DNA from: Macrostomum lignano
Taxonomy: Eukaryota
Reading direction: 5' to 3'
Length of the DNA stretch: 64,000 bases
NCBI GenBank assembly: GCA_002269645.1
Contig: NIVC01000936.1
Span: 62,001-126,000 of the forward strand
The notes under the pieces were generated by a model. The model searched no databases. It saw nothing but the letters and a program-made list of their open reading frames with translations, and was not told where the DNA came from. Made by a program: the position numbers and the translations under genes. The number at the start of each line of letters is the position of its first letter. Positions within the stretch are counted from its first letter, which is position 1. Below, one piece after another: positions 12,701 through 45,577 of the stretch.

Positions 12701-15700
12701 AGACACCAGGTGACTACTGGCCGCGGATTGCCGCTGAGCTTTACCAGCACCTTCACCGGATCGCCTTCGCCAACCGTGCACGACTCGGGTAGAATGTCGA
12801 AATATGGCGCCGATTGAGGCTCCTCCGATTCTCGAAATCGAAACTCGTCAGGCGCTATGGGGGTCCTGAAACGGGGGTTGGTGTCTCGAGGTCTAAAGTA
12901 GTGCAAATAGGTTTGCTTATCGTACAGGCTAAGATTGAGGTGGGTTTGGTTGGGGCACGGTTTTAGGTGAATGTGGCTAGGCAGAGGAGTGAGGTGAGTG
13001 TTGTGGTAAATCAGCTATGCTGCTTGTTTAAAGTGGTTGAAAACTACGAGAGAGCTATCAAAGCTCTGATGTCTGTATTTATATTGTAAAGCGATGCTAC
13101 GTGCGCGAGAGTGATGACATAATTTAAGCGTACACAATTTGCCCATAGCTCAAATAGCAATAACTCAAACCTAACGTGCCAAGCTTGCGTAAATAATAAT
13201 AGAGAAAGAAATAATAGGAAAGTACAAATACAAATCAATACTCGTACTGAGTGCATGCACATACTTGTAGCTACACGACAAGTGTGGCTAGGCAGGGAGT
13301 GAGGTTGGATTGGCTAGGCAGGGGAGTGAGGTGGGTGTGGCTAGGCAAGGGAGTTAGGTGGGTGTGGCTAGGCAGGGGAGTGAGGTGGTTGTGGCTTGGC
13401 AAGGGAGTGAGGTGGGTGTGGCTAGGCAAGGGAGTGAGGTGGGTGTGGCTAGGCAGGGGAGTGAGGTGGGTGTGGCTAGGCAAGGGAGTGAGGTGGATGT
13501 GGCTAGGCAAGGGAGTTAGGTGGGTGTGGCTAGGCAGGGGAGTGAGGTGGTTGTGGCTTGGCAAGGGAGTGAGGTGGGTGCATCTGGGGTACGGAGGAGT
13601 GTGGTTAAAACGGGGAGTGATTTGTTTGCGGACAAACTATTAATTACTGTTGAGACTTACTCTCGCCACTGTCTCTCCAGCTCCTCTAGACGCTTGTATC
13701 CCTGCGCCTCACCAGGCAGCTGCGTCCGAGTGACGACCCCTTCTCCGGCCCGGCAGACCAGGCCGACGCGATTCGACTCGGCTACGCCGCCGCGGTTGCT
13801 GACCACCGCCCAGTAGAGGCCGGAGTCCTCCGGCTTGCAGTGACTGATGTGCAGCAGGGCGCGGCCTTTTTCTAGTTCAAAGCGCACTCGAGCGGCGCAA
13901 GCCACCGAGGCGCCGTCTTTGATCCACTCGACGCTGAGGTCGCTGTCGCTTGACGGTTCAACCTAAGTTGCAGTGAAAATATTCTTTAAACAATGATACA
14001 GCGTTTGTATTCAAAGATGAGATTTAAGTTAACGAAAGGCATCTCTTATGATTAGGGTTAGGGTAGGGTTAGGGTTAGGGCTAGGGTTAGGGCTAGGCTT
14101 AGGGTTAGGATTAGGATTAGGGTTAGGGTTAGGGTAGGGTTAGGGTTACGGCGAGGGTTAGGGTTCGGGCTAGGGTTACTAGCTTCTTCCGAAGACTGCA
14201 GACTTTTCGCCGACTGTAGACTTCAGCTTTCTTCTTACTTAGTAAAAACTCAATTGCGTCATATCAGATATTAAATTCGCTACGCCTCCCTAAAGACGCA
14301 CCTGCAGATCCAGCAGCACCTGGCCGCCCTCGCGGATCTGCGGCGGCGGCTTGACACCTCGTACAATCCTTGGCGGCGGCTGCTGCTGCTGCTGCATTGC
14401 CAGAAACGCGGCGCTAGAATCGTCGGTTCGACGCTCGAGCTCCTCCTCGAGCAGCATGAGGCTGCGCATGCTCTGCTCGGCGTCTCCGGGCAGCTGGGAG
14501 GTGGTGACCACCCCGCCCTGCGCGTAGCAGACCAGCCGGCAGTAGCCAGACTGGTGCTGCCCGTTTTCGCTCAGCGCCACGGCGCAGTAGTCACCGGAGT
14601 CTTCGGCGTTGGCGTGCCCGAACCGCAGCTGAGCGACACCCATTTCGAAACTGGCCGTCACGCGCGAGCCGAACTGGACTGGCTGGCCGTCCTTGAACCA
14701 GGCCACCTGGACTCGACTGCCGTTGCCGGGGTCGAGGCGAGCTTCGAACGCGGCTGGCGAGCCTTCGATCAGCTGGAGCTGGGCCGGCGACGGGTCGGAG
14801 AGGAAGCGGGGCGGCTCCGGCAGCTGGTTCCGCGATTCAGCCTCCAGGCTGTTGGTGGCGGTGTTGTGGTAAAGCTACAGGGAATCTGGCCTCATCGGTA
14901 CACCATCCACGTTACTTTCTATTTGATGACAAAAAGATTTTTTCCTAACTCCGCAGTGGATTTTTTTCAGGAAATTGGCCTCCAAAAAACTACACGATCT
15001 TTGAGTTCTACGTCCTGTTACACCACAGCGGTCCTTGGCGTTACATCTTGATACAGGTCTGGTACGAGACTTGCGGCGTAAGTAAAAGGGCACAACTATG
15101 CAAAAATAATTTCCTGTGAGAACTTTAACACACTTGCTCAGATGCATAAAATATTAATCCAGTGGAGAGGTCTCGCTTACGGATCGAACTCCTGCTGCAG
15201 CGAGTACTCCTCCAGTCGCTGAATATTCATGACAGACGACTCCGGCAGGGCGGACGCCGTGACGACGCCTGCCGAAGCTGAGCACCTGAAATTTTTGTTT
15301 TCGCGATTTGAGAAGCTCAGTACGCTGATTTCCTGCAGTATCGAGAGCACCAGTGCTCATGCTTAGCTACCTGAGCTCAGCCTGGTTGCTCTGCGCCTTG
15401 CCGTGCTTGTTGGCGGCCTCGCAGTGATAAAATCCGTTGTCCTCCGGGTAGCAGCAATTGATCTCCAGCGCCGTGTAGCCCCGGTCGTACACAGCCTTGA
15501 GCCGGGAGCCCAGCGTCAGCGGGAAGCCGTTCTTGAACCATTCGATCTGCACGTTGGGATCCGCGGCCGGCGTCACCCGAGTCTCGAACCGGACGCGACC
15601 GTTTTCCTGGGCCACGATGCTCTCCAAATGCCGGACGAACTGCGGCACCGCCTGAGGCACCTGGTCGTCAAAGTCTTGGCGGACGCTGCGGCTGTTCAGC

Positions 15701-17424
15701 CGCTCGTTTAGTCGGTCGATGTTTGCCGCCATGGACGCTTCGGGGAGTTGCGTTCGCGTCACCACGCCTTCGTCGGGCACCACTCTGGCGGAAACAATGG
15801 GAGTTTACAATAATCGAGTACAAAATATCCGGATAGTTACTAGCCAAATGGGTCAGTTTATTCGTTGCAAGTTAAGTAGAGTTTGCTTTGGTTAGTACTT
15901 GCCAAAGTTACGGTGGAAGTTGCGATCTCAAATAATCTTGAGATTATTGGGCTACGGGGGGTGCCGTAGCCCAGTGGTCTAGCACGGCGCTTTGATGTGC
16001 CGGCGGCCCAGGCTCAATTCCCAGTGCAGTCACATTAACTTTGGGGCTGAATTGGAATCTCGGCTTGGGCCTGCTCGTGCAATTAACGGCCCTAAGGGCC
16101 AACCCCCCAAGGCGCAGTGAAGCGTACATGCCTAACGATAAATAAAGTTAGGGCCGCTTTACACCCCTGTGTGAGTGTGTGCTTGTGCTTTTGACTGTGT
16201 ACATATCCGCGCTTTTGTGCCTGCTCGTTTACACAGTGTGTACAGCGACTCTGACTTTCGAATCGTCAGGCATGTACAGTCTCTCTGTGCCTTGAACCAG
16301 GGATCTTGACGCGTTTCCTTCCGAACTGCTGTGCTGCAGACTCTGATTTACAAAAAAATTGACAGACAGATCTGGGCACTCACGTCAGTGTAACGGGGTT
16401 GCTTTGGTCCATGCCGAAGTTGCTTTTTGCTACGCATGAGTACTCGCCGCTGTCGTCCGGGTAGGTGTGCGTGATGTGCAGCAGCACGAAGCCTCGCTCG
16501 AAAGTTGTGTTAAAACGGGAGCCTTATGAAGGGCGGCGAGATTTTACTGCAGATGGACCATTGTTGCTTGGAGTCAGTCGCACACAACACATTTAATCAA
16601 CATTGACTTGCTGAAGACCTTGCCACAATAGAAGCGTTCTAATTCTCAAACCTGGCTCTACCCAGACCATGCTCCACCCTCTAGTCCGGTCCATGCTCTA
16701 CCCTCCGGTGCAGTCCATGCCCTACCCTCTGGTCCAGTCCATGCTCTACCCTCCGGTGCAGTCCATGCCCTACCCTCTGGTCCAGTCCATGCTCTACCCT
16801 CCGGTGCAGTCCATGCCCTACCCTCCGGTCCTGTCCATGCTCTACCCTCCGGTCCAGTCCATGCCCTACCCTCCGGTGCAGTCCATGCTCTACCCTCTGG
16901 TCCAGTCCATGCCCTACCCTACGGTCCAGTCCATGCTCTACCCTCTGGTCCAGTCCATGCTCTACCCTCCGGTGCAGTTCATGCTCTACCCTCTGGTCCT
17001 GTCCATGCTCTACCCTCCGGTGCAGTTCATGCTCTACCCTCTGGTCCTGTCCATGCTCTACCCTCCGGTGCAGTTCATGCCCTACCCTCCGGTGCAGTCC
17101 ATGCCCTACCCTCCGGTTCAGTCCATGCCCTACCCTCTGGTCCTGTACATGCCCTAACCTCTGGCCGATCATACCTGCATTCAGTGGGCGGCCATCCTTG
17201 AACCACTCGGTTGCCAAGGAGCTGTCATTGAGCGGCAGCAGCCGACACTCCAGGTGCACCGAGCGGCCCTCGGCCACGCTTAGCACCGGCTTGGGGTGCT
17301 TGACGAACCTCGGCGGCTCGCCCGGCCGGGTCAACGACGCTCGCCGGATCCCCACGGAGGAGTCGCCATCGTCGCTGATAAATTCGCGCGACAGGCCGCC
17401 GTCGACGATGGCAGCGGCCGACAT
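7595..17424 (-). CDS. Kettin/sallimus (titin-family)-like Ig-repeat protein with 5 Ig domains and long Q-rich C-terminal tail (~1525 aa). Exons 17424-17175, 16522-16384, 15784-15371, 15285-15181, 14848(or 14874)-14302, 13962-13661, 12892-12679, 12311-12125, 10751-10638, 9900-7595
   Basis: I-set Ig motifs (PPRFVKHP..EGRSVHLECR..EWFKDG..TYPDDSGEYSCVA; EWFKNG..YPEDNGFYHCEA; WFKDG..AEDSGDYCAVA; PEDSGLYW) are separated by kettin-type linkers (GVVTRTQLP..LE). They end in DFRPDLKHIEP-EANF..LRKV..SEIKSLTYRDPEVEQAE. All junctions are in phase except 15181/14874, which needs the alternative acceptor at 14848 or an extra micro-exon. One GC-AG intron. Confidence 0.8.
9930..10550. repeat. 21-bp intronic minisatellite (CATCATGGACACACTCATAAT)n
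   Basis: Tandem copies between the donor at 10637 and the acceptor at 9901. Confidence 0.9.
11190..11510. mobile_element. P-element-type MITE (321 bp)
   Basis: 16-bp perfect TIR CATGGATGAAGGAATA; near-identical 8-bp flanks CTCGTACC / CTCATACC. A further partial end (CCTTCATCCATG) lies at ~11121-11132. Confidence 0.65.
13275..13580. repeat. 27-bp G-rich intronic minisatellite (GTGGCTAGGCAGGGGAGTGAGGTGGGT)n
   Basis: About 11 tandem copies. Confidence 0.9.
14052..14178. repeat. Degenerate interstitial telomere-like (TTAGGG)n tract
   Basis: About 20 TTAGGG/CTAGGG/TAGGG units inside a kettin-like intron. Confidence 0.85.
15957..16226 (+). mobile_element. tRNA-headed SINE, copy 2
   Basis: GGGGGTGCCGTAGCCCAGTGGT (A-box-like), GGCTCAATTCCC (B-box-like). 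Shared body TTGGGGCTGAATTGGAATCT..CATGCCTAAC.ATAAATAAAGTTAGGGCCGCTTTACAC matches the copy at 2293-2545. Confidence 0.7.
16655..17160. repeat. 24-bp intronic minisatellite (GTCCATGCTCTACCCTCCGGTGCA)n
   Basis: About 20 tandem copies directly after the donor at 17174. Confidence 0.9.
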
Positions 17425-18084
17425 GCCCGAATCGGAGGAAAAGAAGCGGAAAGTTCAAAGAAAAAATTAGGGGGGGGGAGAAGTTAACTGCGTGAAAATT
17501 GTGAAAAATCTCGATGGGAGGAGCAGCCGAGTTTCTCCACACGAAGTTGGACGTCTTTTCCTGCGACTTCCGCTCTGCTGCCTACCAGACTTCCTACCCC
17601 AGCTGCTTATCTCCCGCCAGAAATCCCTTTAAAATTCTAGCCTAAATTCTCTTCCCCCCCAAGCCGTCCAGATCGGCGCTGGCGAGGAGGGTAGGACGTT
17701 GTTGCGCTCGCAAAATTATCCCCTCGACGCACGCGCACCCGAATCGATCGATCCCAACGCCAGGTAAAGGGCAAGGGGGTGAGGTCTCGTGGAGTCGGAA
17801 GGTCGGAATTTGCAGACTGGCCGGCCGACCGTCAACTGAATAGCAGGAATAGCCAGCATCGATTCTGTTCTGTTGCAGAAACTATATAAGAAATTTTCCC
17901 TGCTTTGCCTGACGTGTTTGGCTTGCAGTCGACAACAAAGCCACCCCCCAACCACTACTTGCGGAGAGGCGATGAACACAGGGCTAACCTTTCGCGAACG
18001 GTGCTGGGCCTTCAACCCGGGTGTACAAATGAAAATGGTTAATCGACGATTTTCATGGACCCCTGGTGGGGACGTCTGAACTGG

Positions 18085-18465
18085 AACTCAAGGACTCGCT
18101 GGCCTTCCGTCCCAGATTGATTCTCAAGGACTCCCTGGCCTTCCGTCCCAGATTGATTCTCAAGGATTCCCTGGCCTTCCGTCCCAGATTGAGTCTCAAG
18201 GACTCCCTGGCCTTCCGTCCCAGATTGAGTCTCAAGGACTCCGTGGCCTTCCGTCCCAGATTGAGTCTCAAGGATTCCCTGGCCTTCCGTCCCAGATTGA
18301 GTCTCAAGGACTCCCTGGCCTTCCGTCCCAGATTGAGTCTCAAGGACTCCCTGGTCTTCCGTCCTAGATTGAGTCTCAAGGACTCCCTGGCCTTCCGCTC
18401 CAGACTCAGTCTCAAGGAGTCATTGGCCTTTCGTTCCAGATTGAGTTTCAAGGACTCCCTTGCAT
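18085..18465. repeat. 36-bp tandem repeat (TCTCAAGGACTCCCTGGCCTTCCGTCCCAGATTGAG)n
   Basis: About 10 copies; one frame is open on each strand. Confidence 0.9.
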
Positions 18466-18894
18466 TTCGGGTCCCCTGTGCCTGCTTGTAAAAAAAGTAA
18501 CGATCAAGTACATGGAGTACTTTTTCTCTTTGTAGCCGCAGTCAGCTTCATTTACTGGGTGATAATTGCCTGCCCGTCCGTATGCTCCAGTGTCCATGGG
18601 ATCTCGGATTAATCCCATGGGAGGCCGAGCCTTGCTCAACCGAGAGAAATCCCTATTTCAGTTGGCGGGGGGGAGTGAAGCGAAAGAAGCTGAGCTAGGC
18701 TTGTGTGCAGGAAATCTGATTTGGCAACTCGAATTAGTGAGGCGCTCACTGACTCCAAGCACGCTGGGTCCGGCTTCATCTGACCTCAGCTTGCACTGGC
18801 TTATCGCTGGCCCTGCAGGCACTGCTGTATTGCTGCGAGCACTTTCCTCACAAGTACTAGGCTGAGAATTGCTGCCCACGAAGTGCTGGCCCGA

Positions 18895-19800
18895 TGACTC
18901 TCTCACCCTGTCTCCTCTCTCACCCTGTCTCACTCTCTCACCCTGTCTCCTCTCTCACCCTGTCTCACTCTCTCACCCTGTCTCACTCTCTCATCCTGTC
19001 TCACTCTCTTACCCCGTCTCACTCTCTCACCCTGTCTCACTCTCTCACCCTGTCTCACTCTCTCACCCTGTCTCACTCTCTCACCCTGTCTCCTCTCTCA
19101 CCCTGTCTCACTCTCTCACCCTGTCTCACTCTCTCACCCTGTCTCCTCTCTCACCCTGTCTCACTCTCTCACCCTGTCTCACTCTCTCACCCTGTCTCCT
19201 CTCTCACTCTGTCTCACTCTCTCACCCTGTCTCACTCTCTCACCCTGTCTCCTCTCTCACCCTGTCTCACTCTCTCACCCTGTCTCACTCTCTCACCCTG
19301 TCTCACTCTCTCACCCTGTCTCACTCTCTCACCCTGTCTCACTCTCTCACCCTGTCTCACTCTCTCACCCTGTCTCCTCTCTCACCCTGTCTCACTCTCT
19401 CACCCTGTCTCACTCTCTTACCCTGTCTCACTGTCTCACCGTGTCTCACTCTCTCACCCTGTCTCACTCTCTTACCCTGTCTCACTCTCTCTCCCTGTCT
19501 CACTCTCTTACCCTGTCTCACTCTCTCTCCCTGTCTCACTCTCTCACCCTGTCTCCTCTCTCACCCTGTCTCACTCTCTCACCCTGTCTCACTCTCTCAC
19601 CCTGTCTCACTCTCTCACCCTGTCTCCTCTCTCACCCTGTCTCACTCTCTCACCCTGTCTCACTTTCTCACCCTGTCTCCTCTCTCAACCTGTCTCACTC
19701 TCTCACCCTGTCTCACTCTCTTATTCTGTCTCACTGTCTCACTGTGTCTCACTCTCTCACTCTCTCTCACTGTCTCACTCTCACCGTCTCTCACTCTCCG
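18895..19800. repeat. 17/18-bp minisatellite (CTCTCTCACCCTGTCTCA)n
   Basis: Tandem copies, pyrimidine-rich on the + strand. Confidence 0.9.
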
Positions 19801-20444
19801 TCATCGTTATTCACTCATCTCACTCATCGTCACACTTCGCTATCACACAGTTCCCACCCATGATTCACTAAGATGTAATTAGGCAGACAGAATCTGCCTC
19901 AAGAACTCCCTTTCCCTCCATCTAATTAGAGGCACAGCCTACAAATTACCCTTGGCAACCAATTTTTTAGGCAAGAAGTGCATGAAGCGGAACCGAACTC
20001 AAAAGAAACGCAAGCTGTCAGCTGCAGGGCCACTTCGCTTCCCCAAGGGAAAATCCAGATCTCCTCCTGACGGAGAAGCCCCAGCTCCAGCCCCTCTACG
20101 ACTCGTAGTTGCAAAAAAGTGCAAAGTAAAAAAATGTACAGCACAGTAAAATGCACAGTACGACACAGCAGTTATCAATTATGAATCAATGTGGAAGTTG
20201 GGCGGAAGGATTTTCTGTCTTCTTTGTACGCTGGCTAACTTCTGCTGGGAGTGACCGTTTATCTCCTGGCTGACTTCCTTATCGTCCATCATTCCGGATA
20301 GATACATGCATTTACTGTAACAAATGCTCAGTAAATATTTTATGAGAAATTTACTGATTTTACATTTTATATTGGAAAAACGGTCGTTCGGCTCAAGACA
20401 ATGAGGGGGACAGCTGCTGAGCTCCTTAGGCAGTGAAACAAGGG

Positions 20445-21245
20445 ACTCTCTTTTCTCCTCTCTTCTCTCCTCTCTTCTCCAATCTCTTCTCTCTCGTCTC
20501 TCTTCTCTCCTCTCTTCTCGCTTCTCTCTCTCTTCTCTCCTCTCTTCTCTCCTCTCTTCTCCAATCTCTTCTCTCTCTTCTCTCTTCTTCCTCTCTTCTC
20601 TCCTCTCTTCTCCAATCTCTTCTCTCTCGTCTCTCTTCTCTCCTCTCTTCTCGCTTCTCTCCTCTCTTCTCTCCTCTCTTCTCTCCTCTCTTCTCCAATC
20701 TCTTCTCTCTCTTCTCTCTTCTCTCCTCTCTTCTCGCTTCTTTCCTCTTCTCTCTCTTCTCTCTTCTCTCGTCTCTTCTCTCCTCTCTTCTCTTCTCCCC
20801 TCCCCTCTCTTCTCTCCTCTGTTCTCTCTTCTCTTCTCTCCTCTCTTCTCTCGTCTCTTCTCTCGTCTCTTCTCTCCTCTCTTCTCTCTTCTCTTCTCTC
20901 TTCTCTCCTCTCTCCTCTCTCTTCTCTCCTCTCTTCTCTCCTCTCTTCTCTCCTCTCTTCTCTCCTCTCTTCTCCAATCTCTTCTCTCTCTTCTCTCTTC
21001 TCTCCTCTCTTCTCGCTTCTCTCCTCTTCTCTCTCTTCTCTCGTCTCTCGTCTCTTCTCTCCTCTCTTCTCTTCTCCCCTCTCCCCTCTCTTCTCTCCTC
21101 TGTTCTCTCTTCTCTTCTCTCCTCTCTTCTCTCGTCTCTTCTCTCGTCTCTTCTCTGCTCTCGTCTCTCTTCTCTTCTCTCGTCTCTACTCTCTTCTCTT
21201 CTGTCCTGTCTTTTCTCTCCTCTGCTCTCCTCTCCTCTCCTCTCT
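20445..21245. repeat. Polypyrimidine/polypurine (CTCTT/CTCTC)n tract
   Basis: About 800 nt almost exclusively C/T on the + strand. Confidence 0.9.
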
Positions 21246-22032
21246 TTCACAAAAATGTCACATTGTACCCAGCGCAGTTCGCACTCTCGTATCAAAACTC
21301 TGAGGCAATACTGGTAGAAGACCCCCCTCTGTCCTCTACCAGCCCTTGCGTATGCCAATCCCACTCTACCTTCCTTCACGCGTTTTCTCACAAAGAAATT
21401 TTACAGGTACGAACTGAGATAACAGGTGCGCATTGTCGACTGTTGAGTTTACAACTTGTTGTTTTGCAACCTGCGCGAGAGTTCAGCCAGTCTATCACCG
21501 GCCCCTGCACTCCCCAGCCAGTCCCGCACCAGGGCAATGTTGAAAAAGTCAGTCTGACTCAGTCAGTCAGTCAGGTTAGCAAACCGCTTCCATTCTCTAT
21601 CAGTGTCGCTTTGTCATTTGCTTCTTTCTGCTACAGCTGTTGTACTGAGAATATCGAGGGAGGGAGGGAGAGGGAGAGAGGGAGATGGGAGGTGGTAGGT
21701 GCCAGCCCCCACCCGCGTAGATCTCTGCTTTATACACAAGCGCAACCAGCGGCCCCTGGGGGCGAGAGGGAGGGGGCCAGCCAGTGTGCATTCGTGTCAA
21801 CCGCACCCCTGCACCCCCCCCCAGGCTTTTGGCGGCAGTTGGCTGACTGAAAAAGCTGGAAATGAGAGAGAGAGGAGAGGCAGGCATAGAAATTAGTCTT
21901 CGCAGCCTGCAGTGCATATATATAGTACATTTTTTCTGTTCCTTTACGGGCAAAGCGAAAAGCCAGGCGGCCAGAATTTACTGAATTTTGCTGTTAATAG
22001 TCGTGTCTTCTTCTAGAAGTTGGAAATCAAGA

Positions 22033-43337
<21,305 letters not shown>

Positions 43338-43924
43338 TGGCTTCTGAACAAATTAAATAAATTATTCATATTTTAATTTTTTAATTTATCCATATAAAAG
43401 AATTGACAAATAAAATAGAACTCCGTTAAGAAATTTTAATTTTAACTAAAATGGTTTTATAATTTAACTTTAGTGCGCGTTTCGAATAGGTTCTTTAAAT
43501 TTTGTTGTATTCTATCTAGTGACACTGAGTTAGCAGTGTTGTAATGCTAGGGTTGAAAGCAATTTTTAGATTTGTAATTTGTAGTCAATTCATAACTTCT
43601 TCATATTTTGTTACTCAATATTCAACTTTTACGCATTCATTCCCCGTTATTTGAATTTTGAATTTGAACTAAAAATAAGGGGAGACCCTTGACAATGTCA
43701 AACCAGATTAATAAAAAATTTAATATGGTTTTTGAGTCACTGTCTGCCCCATCCCATGCCTTCATCATTAAAGAGTACTTTAATTCGAATTTGTTTTATC
43801 GCAATAAATATGCTGTCAATAAATATAAACACTGCAACTTAAAAAGTACTTTGAATTGGTGTAACTGAAGTATTTATAGTTTCAGGGGAATTTCTGTCTT
43901 GCTGTACGGGGAATCCTTTTTACT

Positions 43925-45060
43925 GAAAAGTGAATTTCTCTCTTGCTAAAACTGGGAATTTCTCTCTTGCTGAAAAGGGGAATTTCTCTCTTGCTGAAAA
44001 GGGGAATTTCTCTCTTGCTAAAACAGGCAATTTCTCTCTTGCTGAAAAGGGGAATTTCTCTCTTGCTGAAAAGGGGAATTTCTCCTTTACAAAAACGGGA
44101 AGTTTCTCTATTGCTGAAGAAAATAAGCTCTCTCTGGTTGAAAAGGGGAATTCCTCTCTTTCTGACACAGAAAATTTCTCTCTTGCTGAAAAGGGGAATT
44201 TTCCTCTGGTTGAAAAGGGGGATTTCTCTCTGGTTGAAGAGGGGAATTTCTCTCTGGTTGAAAAGGGGGATTTCTCTCTGGTTGAAAAGGGGGATTTCTC
44301 TCTGGCTGAAAAGGGGGATTTCTCTCTGGTTGAAGAGGGGAATTTCTCTCTGGCTGAAGAAGGGGGATTTCTCTCTGGTTGAAGAAGGGAATTTCTCTCT
44401 GGCTGAAGAAGGGGGATTTCTCTCTGGTTGAAGAAGGGAATTTCTCTCTTGCTAAAAAGGGGAATTTCTCCTTTACAAAAACGGGAAGTTTCTCTATTGC
44501 TGAAGAAAATAAGCTCTCTCTGGTTGAAAAGGGGAATTTCTCTCTTTCTGACACAGAAAGTTTCTCTCTGGATGAAGAAGGGGATTTCTCTCTTGCTGAA
44601 GAAGGGAATTTCTCTCTGGCTGAAAAGGGGAATTTTCCTCTGGTTGAAAAGGGGATTTCTCTCTTGCTGAAAAGGGGAATTTTCCTCTGGTTGAAAAGGG
44701 GATTTCTCTCTTGCTGAAAAGGGGAATTTTCCTCTGGTTGAAAAGGGGATTTCTCTCTTGCTGAAAAGAGGGATTTCTCTGTGGCTGAAGAAGGGAATTT
44801 CTCTGTGGCTGAAGAAGGGAATTTTTGTCTTGCTGAAGAAGGGAATTTCTCTCTTGCTGAAGAAGGGAATTTCTCTCTTGCTGAAGAAGGGAATTTCTCT
44901 CTTGCTGAAGAAGGGAATTTCTCTCTTGCTGAAGAAGGGAATTTCTCTCTTGCTGAAGAAGGGAATTTCTCTCTTGCTGAAGATGGGAATTTCTCTCTTG
45001 CTGAAGAAGGGAATTTCTCTCTTGCTGAAGAAGGGAATTTCTGTCTTGCTGAATAGGGAA
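43925..45060. repeat. 24-bp minisatellite (AATTTCTCTCTTGCTGAARRGGGG)n
   Basis: Tandem copies; some 23/25-nt units break the reading frames. Confidence 0.9.
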
Positions 45061-45577
45061 ATTTCTCTCTATTTGAAGGAATTTTCTCACTGGATGAATG
45101 GAATTTCTAGATTGATTAAAAAAGGAATTTCTAACTAAAATGGGAAATATTTAGCTTGCCCGACGTGAGAAAAAGGTTCCAGAGAGAAGCTGCATCTCGG
45201 AGCGCCTGGAAACGGACTGCCTGCGGTGTCTGTGGACTCAGCGGCAGGCATTTGAAACAGCAGCTGCCGGTTGCATTGACACTTCGCGAGACAGGCTTCG
45301 TCTGCAAATTTGAATTCGTGCCAATTCTTGACAAAAATTTGTTGACAAAGCAATTCCCGATTCAGTTTGTCGTTTGAGTATCCAAATTTAGCTGCAAAGC
45401 ACCGATGGCTTGTCGAGTTTGCGGATGTCCCAATCGGTGAAATGATTGACGGAAACAGACAGGTGGGTGGGAAACTTCCGCTGCCTCAAAACTGTTTTCT
45501 TTCAGAATCTTTGTTTACCTTTGAGAATTGCCAAATTCTATTTTTAGATTACTGCCTCGCTGATCTCACTTATCCAC

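Noticed and set aside
15957-16035. Functional tRNA gene (also 2465-2545)
   Set aside because: A/B boxes are present but no convincing cloverleaf. Homology between the two copies extends ~190 nt beyond the head, as expected for a SINE.
18869-21391. Long SHPVSL / ERREE / SSLL ORFs, and similar ones at 27264-28100, 42864-43320 and 45544-46489
   Set aside because: Microsatellite translations.
43930-45056. (NFSLAEKG)n ORFs as a repetitive glycoprotein or neuropeptide precursor
   Set aside because: 23/25-nt units repeatedly shift the frame; no signal peptide or dibasic sites.
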